Assembly: GCF_009914755.1 (NCBI RefSeq)
Contig: NC_060937.1
Source of the DNA: the human T2T-CHM13v2.0 reference genome, Homo sapiens
Length of the DNA stretch: 64,000 nucleotides
Reading direction: 5' to 3' (one strand)
The notes below the pieces were generated by a model. That model made no database searches and had not been told where the DNA came from. It was given only the letters and a program-made list of their open reading frames with translations. Shown one piece after another: positions 12,981-27,335 of this stretch; position 1 is the stretch's first letter, and every line of letters begins with the position of its first letter. The translations under genes and the position numbers were made by a program.

Positions 12981-14009
12981 AGATTCTGTATTAGCTTCAT
13001 CTTGAGAAGCCAGTGACTATTAGAGAATGTTATTACAATAAATTTTAAAAAGTCTAAGTATTCTTCTTAAAATTACCATTGTTATTAATACCAGTGGTAC
13101 CTCTCAAAGTTTTCAGTATATATATATAGATCTTTATATGTGTGCATATTAGTGCACTTATAAACATCCAGATATACACAAACTTTCACATATTTTACAA
13201 ATTGGCATTTTATTATACACACTGCTTTCAACTTCCTTTCATTCACAGACACACTGTGACTCTTCCTAAGTATTAGTATATATTAATATGTTATGTTTTG
13301 ACATTGAAATATAGTTAATTATATGGCTCTAAAACAATGGATGATTAAATAATTATTAAAATACTAAATAAAAAACAAAACAGTCATCTCTATTATATGA
13401 ACTATATAGTAATTTAAATAACTGAAATACACAATGATTATAAGGGCATAACAAATTAGTCACCCTTGTAAATTTTTGATAGACGTTTATACTTGTACAG
13501 TCATTAGGACTATTTGATAATATATACCAGAATTTAAAATTGGCGTATTCTTGACCTGTCACCTCCACTCTTAGAAGTTTTCCATCCAGCCACGATAATA
13601 TAAGTGTACCAAGATGGATTACAATATGTCTACTCAATCATACTTAGTTCAGAAAAAAATTCCTTTTATAAATGAATGTTCAGGCATTATAATTAAAATA
13701 ATTTTTAAAATTGACATAGTTTTACTGTTAAAAATTAGTTTCTCTTAGCAAGTAGAGATAATAGATTTATTATTTTTTATGATAGAAGGAGTGCATAAAG
13801 GGAAAAGTAAAACAAAACAAATGTCAGTAGGACAGAGAAGACTTTGAGAGCAAATTAATTAGCCTGTGAAATTCCTGTATATTTTGATGACACCAATGAT
13901 TATGGAACTCCATGTGTTTTTTTTGGTCTCACTCTTTTAGCTTCTTCTTGTGGATAAAAGAAAAACATGCTATCATCAGAGGGCAAAGAGTGTTTAGAAT
14001 AAAATAGCT

Positions 14010-14360
14010 TACATACTTCTAAGGAAGTAGAATGTTGATTACATACACTGAAAGGTTGAGTAAATGGGGAAATGAAGGTCAAAGGGTACACAGTTTCCAT
14101 TAAGAGAAAGATGTGTTTTTTTTTCTTTTTTTGAGTTCTATTTCACAGTATGGTGAAAGTAGTTAATAATAGAGTACTATATATTTCAAAATTGCGAAGA
14201 GAGTAAATATTAACTCTTCTCACTACAACATTGTGTTACATATTTGAGGTAATGGATATGTGAACTAGCTGATTTAATTATTGCTCGTTGTACTCAAATT
14301 ATAATATTTGTACCCTATAAATTTATACAATTATAAATTGCCAATTTATAGTAAAATGTA
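14010..14360 (+). mobile_element. L1MA (L1MA6-like) 3' end
   Basis: GGTCAAAGGGTACAC...TTCAAAATTGCGAAGAGAGTAAAT...TTTGAGGTAATGGATATGT...ATAAATTTATACAATTATAA. Confidence 0.75.
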
Positions 14361-14532
14361 TTTTTAAAAAATGTAATCAAAATTCTAAAAGAGGCTACAA
14401 GAAACTTGACAAGCTCATACTAATATATAAGAAAGAGCAAAGGGCCAAGAATACCCAAGAAGACAAATAAAATTTTTTAAAAAGGCATAAAATAAAAATA
14501 TTTGCCTTAAAAATACTCAGATTTTGGAGAAA

Positions 14533-17500
14533 GAGGCAGAACCAGATGGCCTAGTAGAACCTTCTAGCATTCATCTCCCTGTAGGAGCATCAAATTGAAC
14601 TAAAAACTATCTACACAAGAAAGCACCTTCATAAGGACAAAAAATTCAGGTCAGTGATCACAGAACCTACTTTTAACATAATAACAAGTAGAGAGTCATT
14701 GAAGAGGGTAGAAAAGACAGTCTTACATTGCCTGCACCACCTCTCCTCCAGCTAGTATAAGCATGGAGTGAGAAGCTGTGTGCCTAGTGGAAGGAGAGCA
14801 AAGTGAGTGTGGAACTTTGCACTGGAACTCAGTGCCTCTCTGTCACAGTGGAATAATAATACAGCTGGTGCCCCTGGAGGGGGCATATGGACCAGCCCTG
14901 GACTAGAGGAGAATCCTCTGCTCCAGTGGAAGGAAACTAAATGCTGGCCAGCTTCACTATTGACTGACTTAAATGATGCGGGCCTGAATTAATTTGTGTG
15001 GCAGTTGAGCCACAGGACTGCAATTCTTGGGCAAGCCATGCAGTTGCCCTGGTCTCAGAGGCAGTGGACTTTGGATGTAACCCAGTGTGACACCAACTGC
15101 AGTGGCCATGGGAATGTTTGCACCACCTTCCCCCCAACTCCTGGCAGAGTAGCTCAGGGAATGACATTTCCCACTCAGGGGAGAGAAGAGTACAGAAGAC
15201 TTTGTTTTGCAACTTGGGTACCAGCTCAGGCACAGTAAAATAAAGCACCAAGAAAATTCCTAAACCCTGTGATTCCAGGATTTTACTCCTGGACTATGTT
15301 CCTAGACTCACTCTGAACCAGAAGGCAGTCCATTGTATGTGTATATATACAACAAATCTAAGAGTTACTGGGATTAAGAAGGATGGGGAGAGAGATAGAT
15401 TGGGGTAGAAAACGTATTCAAATAAATAATAACATAGAACTTTACAAAAATAGGGAAAGATGTGAATAGACAGGTACAAGAAGGTTAGAGAACCTCAGAA
15501 TGATTCAACCCAAATAAGACTATCTCGGCGTATATAATAAATTCTCAAAGGTCAAAGATAAAAGAAGATTCTCAAAAGCAGCAAAAGAAAAGAGGCAAAC
15601 AGCATATACAGAAGCTCTAATACGTCTGGCAGCAGACTTAGCAGAAACTTTACTTACAAGGAGGGAGTGGGATGACATATTTAAGGTGCACACGCACACA
15701 CACACACACACCCTTTCAACCTAAAATATTATGTCCAGCAAAATTATCCTTCAAACATGAATGAGAAATAAAGACTATACCAGACAAACAAAAGGTGAGA
15801 GAATTTATCGCCACCAGAACTATCTTACAAAGAAATGCTAAAAGGAGTTCTTCAGTATGAAAGACAAGGATGTTAAAGAGTAATAAGAAATTATATGAAT
15901 GAATAAAACTCACCGGTAAAAGTAAGTATATGGACAAAGACAATACCCTAGCATCATAATTGCAGTGGGTAAACCACTTATATCTTTAGTATAAAGACTA
16001 AAAGATAAGCCTACACAGAGTAGTAACTACAACAATTTCAAAAAGATAAATAGTGAACAGAAAAAGCAAAAAAGGAGAGGGATGGAGTTAAAGTGAAGAG
16101 GTTTTTTTAAATGTTCTTTTTGCTTGCTTTTTTTTTTGGTTTTTCTTTTCTTTATGATTAGATTTAAGTTGTTAGCAGTTTAAAATAATTGGTTACAAGA
16201 TGTTGTTTTAAGCATCATGGTAAACACAAAGCAAAATCCCATAATAAATACCAAAAAATAAAGCCAGAAGTTAAAACATATTGCCAGGTAAAATCACATT
16301 TACACAAAGAAAACAAAAAAAAAAAAAAAAAAAAAAAAAAGGCGGGGGGGGGAAGAAGAGAGTACCAATAAAACAATAAGAAAACAACAAAATCACAGCA
16401 GTAAGTCCTTACCTATCAAAAATAACATTGCACGGAAATGAAAAATATAATCCAATCAAAATACATAGAATGTGTGAATTAATAAAAAAAAGACCCAACT
16501 ATATTCTCCATACGGGAAAATCCTTTAACCTATAGAGACATGCGTAAACTGAAAATGAAGGGATAGAAAAAGATGTTACATGCAAATGCAAACAAAAAAA
16601 GCAAGAGTAGATATATTTTTATCAGAAAAAAATAGATTTTAGGACAAAAACTATAAAAAGGGGCAAAGAACATCCTTATATAATCATAAAGGGCTGAATT
16701 TGGCAAGAGGATATAAAACTTTTAAATATATGTGCAGCCAGTGCTAAGTCATATAAATATGTAAAACAAATATTGGAGATAAGGAGAGAGATAGACCCCA
16801 ATACAACAGAGTTTGAGACTTTTAAATCCACTTACATTTGACATATTACCTAGATAGCAAATCAACAAATAGACACCAGACTTAATCTGTACTATAAACC
16901 AAATGAACCTAATAGACATTTATAGAACATTTTATCCAAAAGCTGATGAATACATATTTTTCTCCTCACACATGGAACATTCTTAAGGATAAGCCATATG
17001 TTAGGCTGCAGACAAGTGTAAAAAAATTCAAAAATATTGAAATCATATCAGGTAAGTTTTTGGACCACAATGGAATAAAACTAATAGTAATGAGAGGAAT
17101 GTTGGAAACTATGAAAGCACAAGGAACATAAACAATATGCTCCTAAATGACTGTGGGTCAATAAGAAATTAGGAAGAAATCTATTTTTAATATTAAAACA
17201 AATGAAAATCGAAATACAGTGTACAAAAATCTATGGAATACACCAAAACTGGTATTAAAGGGAAGTTTATAGCAACAAATTCCTACATCAAAAAAGAAAA
17301 AAGCTTCAAATAACTTAATGATGTATCATAAAAAACTAGAAAAGAGCAAATTAGTAGAAGAAAAGAATGACTATCAGAGCAGAAATATACACTATTGAGA
17401 TGAAAAATAGATAAACCAAACCAAAGTTTTTCTGAAAAGATAAATGAAATTTACATTTAGCCAGACTAAGAAGAAAAGGGAAAGACCCAAACAAAATCAG

Positions 17501-18916
17501 AGTCGAAAAAGGATATATCTAGCTGCTGCCATAGAATGCAAAGGATTGTTAGAGACTATTATGAGCAATTGTAAGCCAATAAATTAGAAAACCCTAAGTA
17601 AATAGATGGGCTCTTAAATACATACAACCTACCAAGATTAAGCCATGAGGAAATCCAAAACCTGAGTATACCAATAACAAGTAATGAGATAAAAGCAGTA
17701 ATAAAAATTCTTCCATCAAAGAAAAGCCCAGGGTCTGATTTCTTCACTGCTGAATTATAGCAAACATTTAAAAAACAACTAACTGATCAATCTTATTCAA
17801 ACTATTCAAAAAATCCAGGAGCAGGGAAAACTTTCAAACTAATTCTACAAGGCTACTAATTACCCTGGTACTAAAACTAGACAAAGACATAACCAAAAAA
17901 GGGAAACTGCAGGCCAATGTCCCTAACGAACATAGATGCAGAAAACCGCAACACAATATGAGCAACTACATTCAACAACACATTAACAATGTCATTCATC
18001 ATGATCAAAGGGGAGTATCCCAGGGCTGAAAAGATGTTTCAGCATATGCCAACCGTAAATATGATGCACGACATTAACAGAATGGAGGACACAAACCATA
18101 TGATTATTTCAGTTGATGTCATAAAAGTATTTGATAAAATACTTTTTCAAATTTTTAATTAAAATTTATTTAATTAAAATTAAAATTCTTTTTAAATTTG
18201 ATATCCCTTCATGATAAAAACTCTTTTAAAAACTGGGTATAAAAGGAACATACCTAAACACAATAAAAGCCGTATGTGACAAACCCACAGGTAGTATCAC
18301 ACTGAACAGCAAAAACTGAAAACCTTCCTTCTAAGATCTGGAAAAAGTGAAAAGACAACCCACAGAATGGGAGAATATATTTTCAAACACCTCATCTGAC
18401 AAGGGATTAATAACGGGAATATATAAGATGCTCAAACAACTCAATAGGAAAAAAGTGATTAAAAAATGAGCAAAAGATCTGAATAGACATTTCTCAAAAT
18501 AAGAAATATAAATGGCCAACAAGTATATTAAAAATGCCCAACACCACTAATCATCAGAAAAAAAATGCAAATCAAAACTACAATGAGATATCTCACCCCA
18601 GTTAAAGTGGCTTTTATCAAAAAAGAGACAACAACGGATGCTGGTGAGCATGTGGAGAAAGAAGAAACCTCATAAACTGTTGATGGGAAGGTAAATTGGT
18701 ACTGCTACTATGGAGAACAGTATGAAAGTTTCTTAAAAACCTAAAAATAAAACTAAAATATGATCCACAATCTCATTACAGTGTATATATCCAATGAAAG
18801 AAAATCAGTATATTGAAGAGATATCTGCATGCCCATGTTTGTTGCAGAACTGTTCAAAATAGCCGTTATGGAATCTACCTAAGTGTCCATCAATGGATAA
18901 ATGGATAAAGGAAATT

Positions 18917-18964
<48 letters not shown>

Positions 18965-19445
18965 TATTATTATTCAACCATAAAAAGAATGAAATCCTGT
19001 AATTTGCAACAACGCAGAACTGGAGGATGTCATATTAAATGAAATAACCCAGGCACAGAGGGAATAATATTACATGTTCTCAGTCATATGTGGGAAGTAA
19101 AAAGAAAATGACTTCATAGAGATAGAGAGTGGAATGATGGTTGACGGAGGCTGGGAAGAGTAGTGGGAAGGGAGGGATAAAGAGAAGATAGTTAATGGGT
19201 ACAAAAATACAGATAGAAGGATTAAGATCTTGTGTTTAGTAACACAACTGGGTAACTATAGTTAACAATAATTTATTGTATATTTCACAATAACTAGGGA
19301 AGCAGAATTAGACGATAAATATTTGAGGTGTTGGATATCCCAATTACCCTGCTTTGATAATTACACACTATATACTTGTATCAAAATATCACGTGTACTT
19401 TATACAAACATATAACTCATATATCCATAAAAATATAAATAAAAG
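14533..19445 (+). mobile_element. L1MA (L1MA3/4-like), 5' to 3' with internal deletions; ORF1 and ORF2 are dead
   Basis: 5'UTR ~14533-15320, ORF1 relic ~15350-15870, ORF2 relic from ~16390, a jump at ~18343 to the ORF2 3' region, L1MA-type 3'UTR; contains (CA)n at ~15688-15711, an A-run at ~16315-16340 and (TA)n at ~18920-18961. Confidence 0.88.
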
Positions 19446-20066
19446 TGGAAAAAATGAGATAATATGAATATATTAACTAATATTGTGTTGCATTGGCACA
19501 GGAATAGGACAATGTAAAACCACTGAAAAACCAAAATGATCTCAAATTGGAGATATACATATGCACATTTGTTTTACTGTAGAGATGGCACTATAAATGA
19601 CTGAGAAACGCATGCCCTATATATTAAATATTCTCAGGACAATTGTGTATATGCAAGGGAATAAAGAAACATCCAAATTGAATACTTACGCTACAGCATT
19701 CACTCCATGTGGATTAAAAAAAAAGTAAAAGTCAAAATTATATATTTTAAGATGCAATACAGATTAATATTAGGAGTTTAAGGATATAGTAAACATGGCA
19801 CCAAATTTACTAATAATGTTAAAATATACCTTTGACTATATTTAAACTAAGATGTTTGTACATCAAAATATATAAAATGAAAGAGAAAAGACTCATCAAA
19901 CACTAGGAAAGCAAATTTGCAATGATAAGGGAAGAGTATCCAGAATATATAAAATATATCTGTTAATCAAAAAGCAAAATATTAAATAACAGTAAGGATA
20001 AGTAGAAAGAGTCAAAAACCAGCAATGCACAGAAAATCAATAAGTGACCTAAAACCATACGAAAAT

Positions 20067-20526
20067 TGTAAATGAATATGGTAAGGCCTAAAATTAGCAA
20101 TTTATGCTTTCTAGACAGCTGGGAAAATCAGGAGGACTATGGCCTAATCACAACTTCCCCTCCTCACTCTGCTCTCCTGTTCTCCTAGCCAAACAACCTT
20201 CATTATCAGTTGGACCAAGTTAAGTACTGCTTATCACTGAATAGTGAGTTTCAGTTTCTCACCACCCATTAGAAATAGGCAAACATGCCAATCACATCCC
20301 CCACTGGGTCCAAGGGGCACTTCATCTTCTTGATATCACGAAGTCAGCTTCCCATAGCTTCTGGTTTTTCACTCTTCTCAAATACCCATATGGCCCTGAG
20401 TGGCAAGTGATGCCTTCTTCCCTGGGCTGTGAATGCATATGACGAATCTCAGTCTCATCTGTCCAGTGTTTGGTCATCCCCGTAACTCTTCCCGCTTAAG
20501 AGGGTGTGTAATACGTGATGGAAACA
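20067..20526 (+). mobile_element. ERVL-class solo LTR (LTR53/MER74-like)
   Basis: TG...CA termini; CTAGCCAAACAACC, GCCAATCACATCC and CTCATCTGTCCAGTGT motifs. Confidence 0.6.
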
Positions 20527-20676
20527 ATGACATACAAAGCCATAATAAACAGCATCTAAACTAACCATTTTGACAATCCTTGGAAGAGACAAACTGGGTG
20601 GTTAACAAATTGAGAAAGGGGAATCTCTTACTACAGGTAAAAAGATTTTCAAAGAACTTGGAAGATTAAATTGCCT

Positions 20677-20718
20677 CTGTGTGTGTGTGTATATGCGTGT
20701 CTGGGTGTGTGCGTGTGT

Positions 20719-20761
<43 letters not shown>

Positions 20762-20770
20762 ACAGAGAGA
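20677..20770. repeat. Compound (TG)n microsatellite followed by (GA)n
   Basis: Seen directly; alternating purine-pyrimidine tract. Confidence 0.95.
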
Positions 20771-22292
20771 CTCCTGCAGAACAGGTGACAATTACAGGGT
20801 ACTTACCCATGTTCAATAGCAGGTATTTTATAATAAAACTGCAAAAAATCCAAATACCAAACTGATTGATGAATCAGTATGAATCATCATAACTGGAATG
20901 ACTAATTTATCAAAATTGGTAAAATATTCATGCAATATTATATATCAATGGAAACACATCAAATAGAGTTCATTTACCCCATGAAGAAGAAAGTGTCATG
21001 TTGAGCATGAAAAAGCAAGAAACAGAATATATCCTCTAAGATTTTCTATCTATGGAGTGTAAAAACAGAAAAATACAAAGTGTGTATCTAGGGGGCACTG
21101 GGCATGGGGATAGAGAGACAGACTGAAACAGAGACAGAATGAGGTGGTTGAGAAGAGCACAGGAGCACACGGGGAGACTAAGTACTGGCAATATGTTACA
21201 TGCCAACAGAAGAGTAAGATAATCATTTTCTTGCTTTCTTTTAAGTTTTACATATATATTAGCAACTCTAGTTTAGCATGTGACATATAACTGAAAAGAG
21301 CTCTTGTTGTATGTGTGAGGATGTTTGCCTGGATTGTCTTTCAATATGCAAATATTGAAGTTTTTATTAACATGAGTTACATATTCATGGGTTTGTTCAC
21401 ATAAAACCTTGTGAATCAAAAAGTCCCAACTAAGCATTGAAGAAAGCTAAAAGTTGCTTACTGATGTGCAAAGACATAAACTCTAATAAACTAAATATTA
21501 ATAAAAACTTTCATAAGAAACGTGGTCTCCATATGTATTTACTTTTTCTCATGACTTGGCATCCCTTGATTAAACAAAAGTGAAACTATAATTCAATAAT
21601 GGCTAACCTTTTGAAATTTGTCTATCATCAGTCAAAAATATAAATTATCCCATAGCCAATTAAAACAAACAGATATGTATAAGGAGGCCACGTTTGCCCA
21701 TTGTTAAAATGAAAAATATTTTAGAATGTATTACATCATACAATTATTACATTTATAAATAGAAAATATTTTATCAGTAAAATAATATTTGAAAATATCA
21801 GTACAATAAAATATTTTATCAGTATTTATGTTTAATACATGATAGCTCATGTGCATCACACATGCAAAACTATGACATAGGGAATGTAAAAACCGTTTGA
21901 ATTGATCTCTAGAGATATAACCACATTTACTCAAGAATCCCAACTAATTGATGGGAAACCGAGACTAGAACGCGGATTAGTCTGTTTCTCTCATCAATGA
22001 TCCAAACAGCTTCAGAGTGCATCAATGTAAGTGTTAATGGAATATATTACATTAATAGGTCTATATGGTAAGTTATTTTCCCTATTAGAGTAAATTGATC
22101 CATTATTTGAGAAAACGCTAACAAATTTAATCAGCTGTAAATTAAATCATTTAAATTAAACATTTGCTTAATCATGGAGTTTCTTGTTTTTCTACTTGCA
22201 AGTATACTATTATAAATACATTGAATTTTCCCATTGAATAATACTTCCACTGAGAACAGATATTATCTCTAATTTCATATACTATATATACA

Positions 22293-22336
22293 TATGTGTG
22301 TGTGTGTGTGTATGTGTGTGCGTGTGCATGTGCACA
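22293..22336. repeat. Imperfect (TG)n microsatellite
   Basis: Seen directly. Confidence 0.9.
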
Positions 22337-23921
22337 TTTTGGACTCTGGCTCCTTGTAAGAAAAGATTAAGATTAAAATTATTGGGACACCATGAGGGAC
22401 CTCTGATACATGAAAGCAGTGAGAAACTGTCAAGTTCAACCGATCTAATTCAGGACAACACAAACATTTCTTAGGGCAGTTCTCCCCTCTTCCTGAGGTG
22501 AAGATTAACTGGAATACTTTTAACAGGGCTTACATTGAGCTGAAAAGGAACCAGAGAAGCGTTGGTAAGAGAATCCAATTTTTCTTGTGCAGACTAGGAT
22601 TAGGAAATGGAGAATTATGAGTGAGAAGAGAAATCCATGTTGGCACCATGAAAAGGGATATCTCAATTTAAGTGATTAAAAGCAATAATAATCTCTGAAT
22701 ATAAGTGATTGAGGTTTCAGCAACATTTCTTTCATTAATGAGCTTTTCGTTGTGAACTCTGTTAATGTGTTATGTCCACATGTGTGTAATGTATATAACT
22801 TGGTCCAAAGTTACCCAAATATATGTGCTACTTTAAGAAATTTTTATGGTACAAAATTTATATCAACTTCTTACAATTTCTTAAAGGCAACATAATGGTA
22901 ACAAACAAACACATATTTCAACCGAGAGATAAATAATTAAGATAACTAATCAAAAGCAAATATGACCTTCCATGAATATCTGATCAAGGATGATTTCCAT
23001 TCATTCTCATATATTTATTTTCTAGATTGCACTTAATGTCTAAAATTACTATTTTATTCCTTTGTCTCCATGTAAACTTTGTCTCCCTCAATTGACACGT
23101 AAGCTTCAGACAACTTTCTTGTCTTGTTAACATCTGCTTACCGAGACTATAATGTATATTTGGCGAATAAATGTTTGAAAAATAACTGATTGAAGAAAAC
23201 CTCTGTGCTGGTGTGCTCGTCCGGGTGAAAACAGGGGATTGGGATGATATTAAAAAGTTTAAAAGAGACTTGATATGTAAACTTCCTTAGGGATATTTAA
23301 GCTTAATCTTTTGACTTCCTCTAAAACATAAAATATTTCAAGTATATGGCTTTTGTTCTGATCTTAGGGACCACCAACATAAAATGCTATAGGATCCACT
23401 CAGGAAACTTACATCTATTAACTTAGTGAATTGCAAAGCTAAGGAAACTTGGCAAAAATAAAATAAATATATTCAGTGCTTAGAAAAACTCAAATTAAAA
23501 TATTTTAGAACATAAGGACTGATACACACATTTATTTACAGAATTTGCCAGACACTGGTTTACAAACCACATTTTATGTTTTAAGTTCTTTTCTCTTCAT
23601 AACAGCAATTCTACCTACTAATTCTATCAGAGTGTAAAACTTTTTGAGATGCTTTTATTTATGTTTTTAACCAATAGATAACTTTTTAGAAGTGTTGAGT
23701 TTGCAGAAAATTTGAACTGAAACTTAACTTTTGTTTCCCAATTTCTCCTTTTCTCCTGTTATTAACATCTTTTATTAGTGTGGTACATTTATGACAATTA
23801 ATGAGCAAACACGAATAAATTATTAATTAAAGTTCATGTTTGGCATTAGGTTTTACTCTTTGTATTGTATATTCTATGGTTATTGACAAATGTATAATGG
23901 CATCTCTCCATCATTATATAA

Positions 23922-24260
<339 letters not shown>

Positions 24261-24480
24261 TGAATATACTCTGTGCCCCACCTATTCATCCCGCCATTTG
24301 TCCCTCCAAACACGTGGCAATTACTGACTTTTTTTTTCTGTCTCTATAATTTTACCTTATCTAGAAAGTCATATAGTTAGAATCATACACTGTGTACTAT
24401 TTTCAGGTTGACTTCTTTCATTTAGCAAGGTGCATTTAAGGTTGCTTCATATTTTTTTGAGGTTTGATAGCTCATTTCTT

Positions 24481-24862
24481 CCTTTCCTTAAATTGTAGTT
24501 TAAGTTGTATATAATAATTGTACATATTTTTGAGATACAATGTGAGGTTTCAATACATGTATACATTATGTGACGGTCAATTCAGGGTAATTAGCAAATT
24601 TACCACATCATACATATCACTTTTTTGTGGTAGGAACATTCAAAATCCTCTCTTCTAGCTATTTTGAAATATATAATGCATTATTGTTAACTACAGTCAT
24701 CTTACTGTGCAATAGAACAAATTCCTCCCATTTAACTGTAACTTTGTACCTTTTGACCAACCTCTCCCGATTGCCCCTTCCTCCTGCTTTCTCTCACCTC
24801 TAGTGTCTACTATTCTAGTCTCTACACCTATGAGATCAACCTTTTTCTAGATTCTCCATAAG
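24481..24862 (-). mobile_element. L1MA (L1MA5-like) 3' end nested in the L1MC
   Basis: AACATTCAAAATCCTCTCTTCTAGCTATTTTGAAATA; degenerate TSD AGCTCATTTCTT (24469) / AGATCATTTATT (24863). Confidence 0.8.
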
Positions 24863-26689
24863 AGATCATTTATTTTTATTACTGAATAATATTTCATTGG
24901 ATGGATGTGTCATAGAATGCTGATTTATTCATTTACTGAAAGGAATCTTGGTTGCTTCCAAGTTTTAGCAATTATGCGTAAATCTGATATAGATATTTGT
25001 GTACAGGTTTTGTGTAGATGTAATTTTTCAGTTCATTTGCTTAAATACCAAGAACTATGATTACTGAAATATGTGGTAAGAGTATGATGACTACAGTAAG
25101 AAAGGACCAAACTGTCTTCTAACATGTCTGTACTGTTTTGCACTTCTCCCAGTAACTAACAAGAGTTCCTGTTTCTCCATATCATTGTCGGCATTTGGTA
25201 TTGTCAGTGTTTTGGATTTTAGTCATTTTGATACGTGTGTAGAAATATCTCAGTGTTATAATTTGCAATTCCTAAAGATACCAACTGATTTTTAAACTGT
25301 TGATCCTGGCTTATGGTTGTAGTTGTTGCTTGCAGAAACAAACAAACAAACAAACAAAAAAAGAGTATTAGTGAGTTTATGATAGCCAGAGTAGAAGTCT
25401 GCTTATAATAGATGAAGGCAGACTTTTTGGAGCTGCTTTTCAGTTCCTTAACATTTCCAAACTATCTATTCTACTTCTCATTGTACTGGATGGATATAAA
25501 GTAAGATTAACCTTTCAAATCATGCAGGGTATTTAAGATTGACTTTAGGATCTTGCAAAATTTCCTGCCATCTTCTCTTAAAACAAACACTGCAAATAAG
25601 AAATATATTAACCTCATTATTGAATTTGTGTTAAATTATAGTAATATTTTAAATTGTCTTAAATAGCAATTTAAAATAATCAGTTTTCTCCCCTGGATGA
25701 GGACAAATCTTCTTTAAAGGAAATATATGTCAGGTTGGGTGAGTGTTTTATAGCCTTAAAATTAAAATTTTGTGCCCTAAATAATTTTTATAAGAAAAGT
25801 TAAAGTTTTACTAAAATATATGTTTTTTTTCTCTATGGTAAAACTAAGAATATATTTTGGATAAAGTATCGAAAACAGCAGTATATTATTTTTATAAGTG
25901 GATTAGAGGAGGAGAGTGTGTTTTAAAAAGTTCCTGGGGGAATATCAAACTGCGAAGAATGAAATTTCTCTGCACACACAGGAATATCTGTTGCTCTTGA
26001 AAGATATTGGAGTATAAAGATACCCACTTAAGAAAAATTCTGACACATTTAAATGTTCTTTTTAAAGAAAAATATGTTTTTTTTACTTCAAATTGAATGT
26101 AAGTGTAAAGTAGAGAAACATATGCAGCATTTGAAAATCGTTATCATCACCATTAAATTAGGTTGTTAATGTTATTGTCATTTTTGGTTATTAAACTAAA
26201 GTCTGATGTATAGCAGATCTTAATAACATCAAGTCCTGAATTGACCTTCATATGTTTTGTGGGTCTTTTGTAAGCAATCCAGACATAAGGCTAGAACAAC
26301 AACATTAAGGAATGCTTGTAAATAAATAAATTGAAATGTGAGAATGTTTCATTCTAATAAAATATTTTTATATCTATTATAAGAAACAGTCCCTTAAAGT
26401 TACTTACCTATTTTTCACATTTATCTTACACCATATGTAATTAGATTCACATAGTATTTATTGTTAAATGCATAACATATAATGTATAAATATACTATTT
26501 TAGACATGTGCTATTATTAGATTTCCTTACTATGATATTTCCTTTACCTCAACTATTGCATGTGAAAGTAAATATAAATGGAGTTCACATTCAGAGAGAG
26601 AAACATATAATAGTACAATAAGTAGAGAAGATTAACAGAAAGAGCAAGAGATTCTAAATTTAGAGACGTGTTGTAATTCATTTGTGAGG

Positions 26690-27335
26690 AAAATAATTTT
26701 AGTTGCCTACTGGGCAATCTGATCTCCCCCTTTATCTCATTTGCACTAATTGTATTCATTGAGTGAAAATACAACCTTTTCTAGCCACATTTGCAACTGA
26801 ATGTGGCCATGTTACTACATTTTGGGTAATGATGTAAGCATATTATATAAATATGTATAATAAAGTTACTAATTATATATAACTATATATATTATAAAGT
26901 TACTTATATAAATATTTACAAGTACTTTATAATACACAAGTAAATTGAGATAAATTATTTTCTTATTTAAGTCTTCTTATTTTTCTGTAATATGCAGGTG
27001 GATAACCTCACATATATATAATATATAATATAATATACATAATATATAAATAAATTGAATATATACAAATATATTTTAATATATATATATACTCACACAC
27101 AACACACACAATTTTCTTCTTTCATTTGAACTCCAACTGATATATTGAACCATAAAGACAAGAGCTGGGTTTTAAGAAAAGTAGCAAGAAAAAGAAAGAG
27201 CCTGGGAACTGAAAACATGGAGTTACAGTATCAAACCTGGAATGACAATACCTCAACTGTATGAGAGATATAAATTATTTTCTTATTTAAGCCACAGTTT
27301 CTTTTCATTTTTCTGTAATGTGCAGGTGGATAGCC
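26690..27335 (+). mobile_element. MLT1 (MLT1J-like) MaLR LTR interrupted by AT-rich sequence at ~26842-27110
   Basis: TTTGCAACTGAATGTGGCCATGTTACT...GATGTAAGCA; AAGAGCCTGGG; TCTTATTTAAGCCAC. Confidence 0.6.

Larger units (their letters stand above)
19470..21260 (+). mobile_element. Very old L1M (L1ME-like) ORF2/3' relic, continuing the fragment at ~14390-14530
   Basis: Degenerate ORF2 motifs (GCATTGGCACAGGAATAGGAC; GATAAGGGAAGAGTATCCAGAATATATAAA) continue on either side of the L1MA insertion. Confidence 0.5.

Noticed and set aside
21762-21826. AAAATATTTTATCAGTA direct repeat
   Set aside because: Short and very AT-rich; compatible with slippage.
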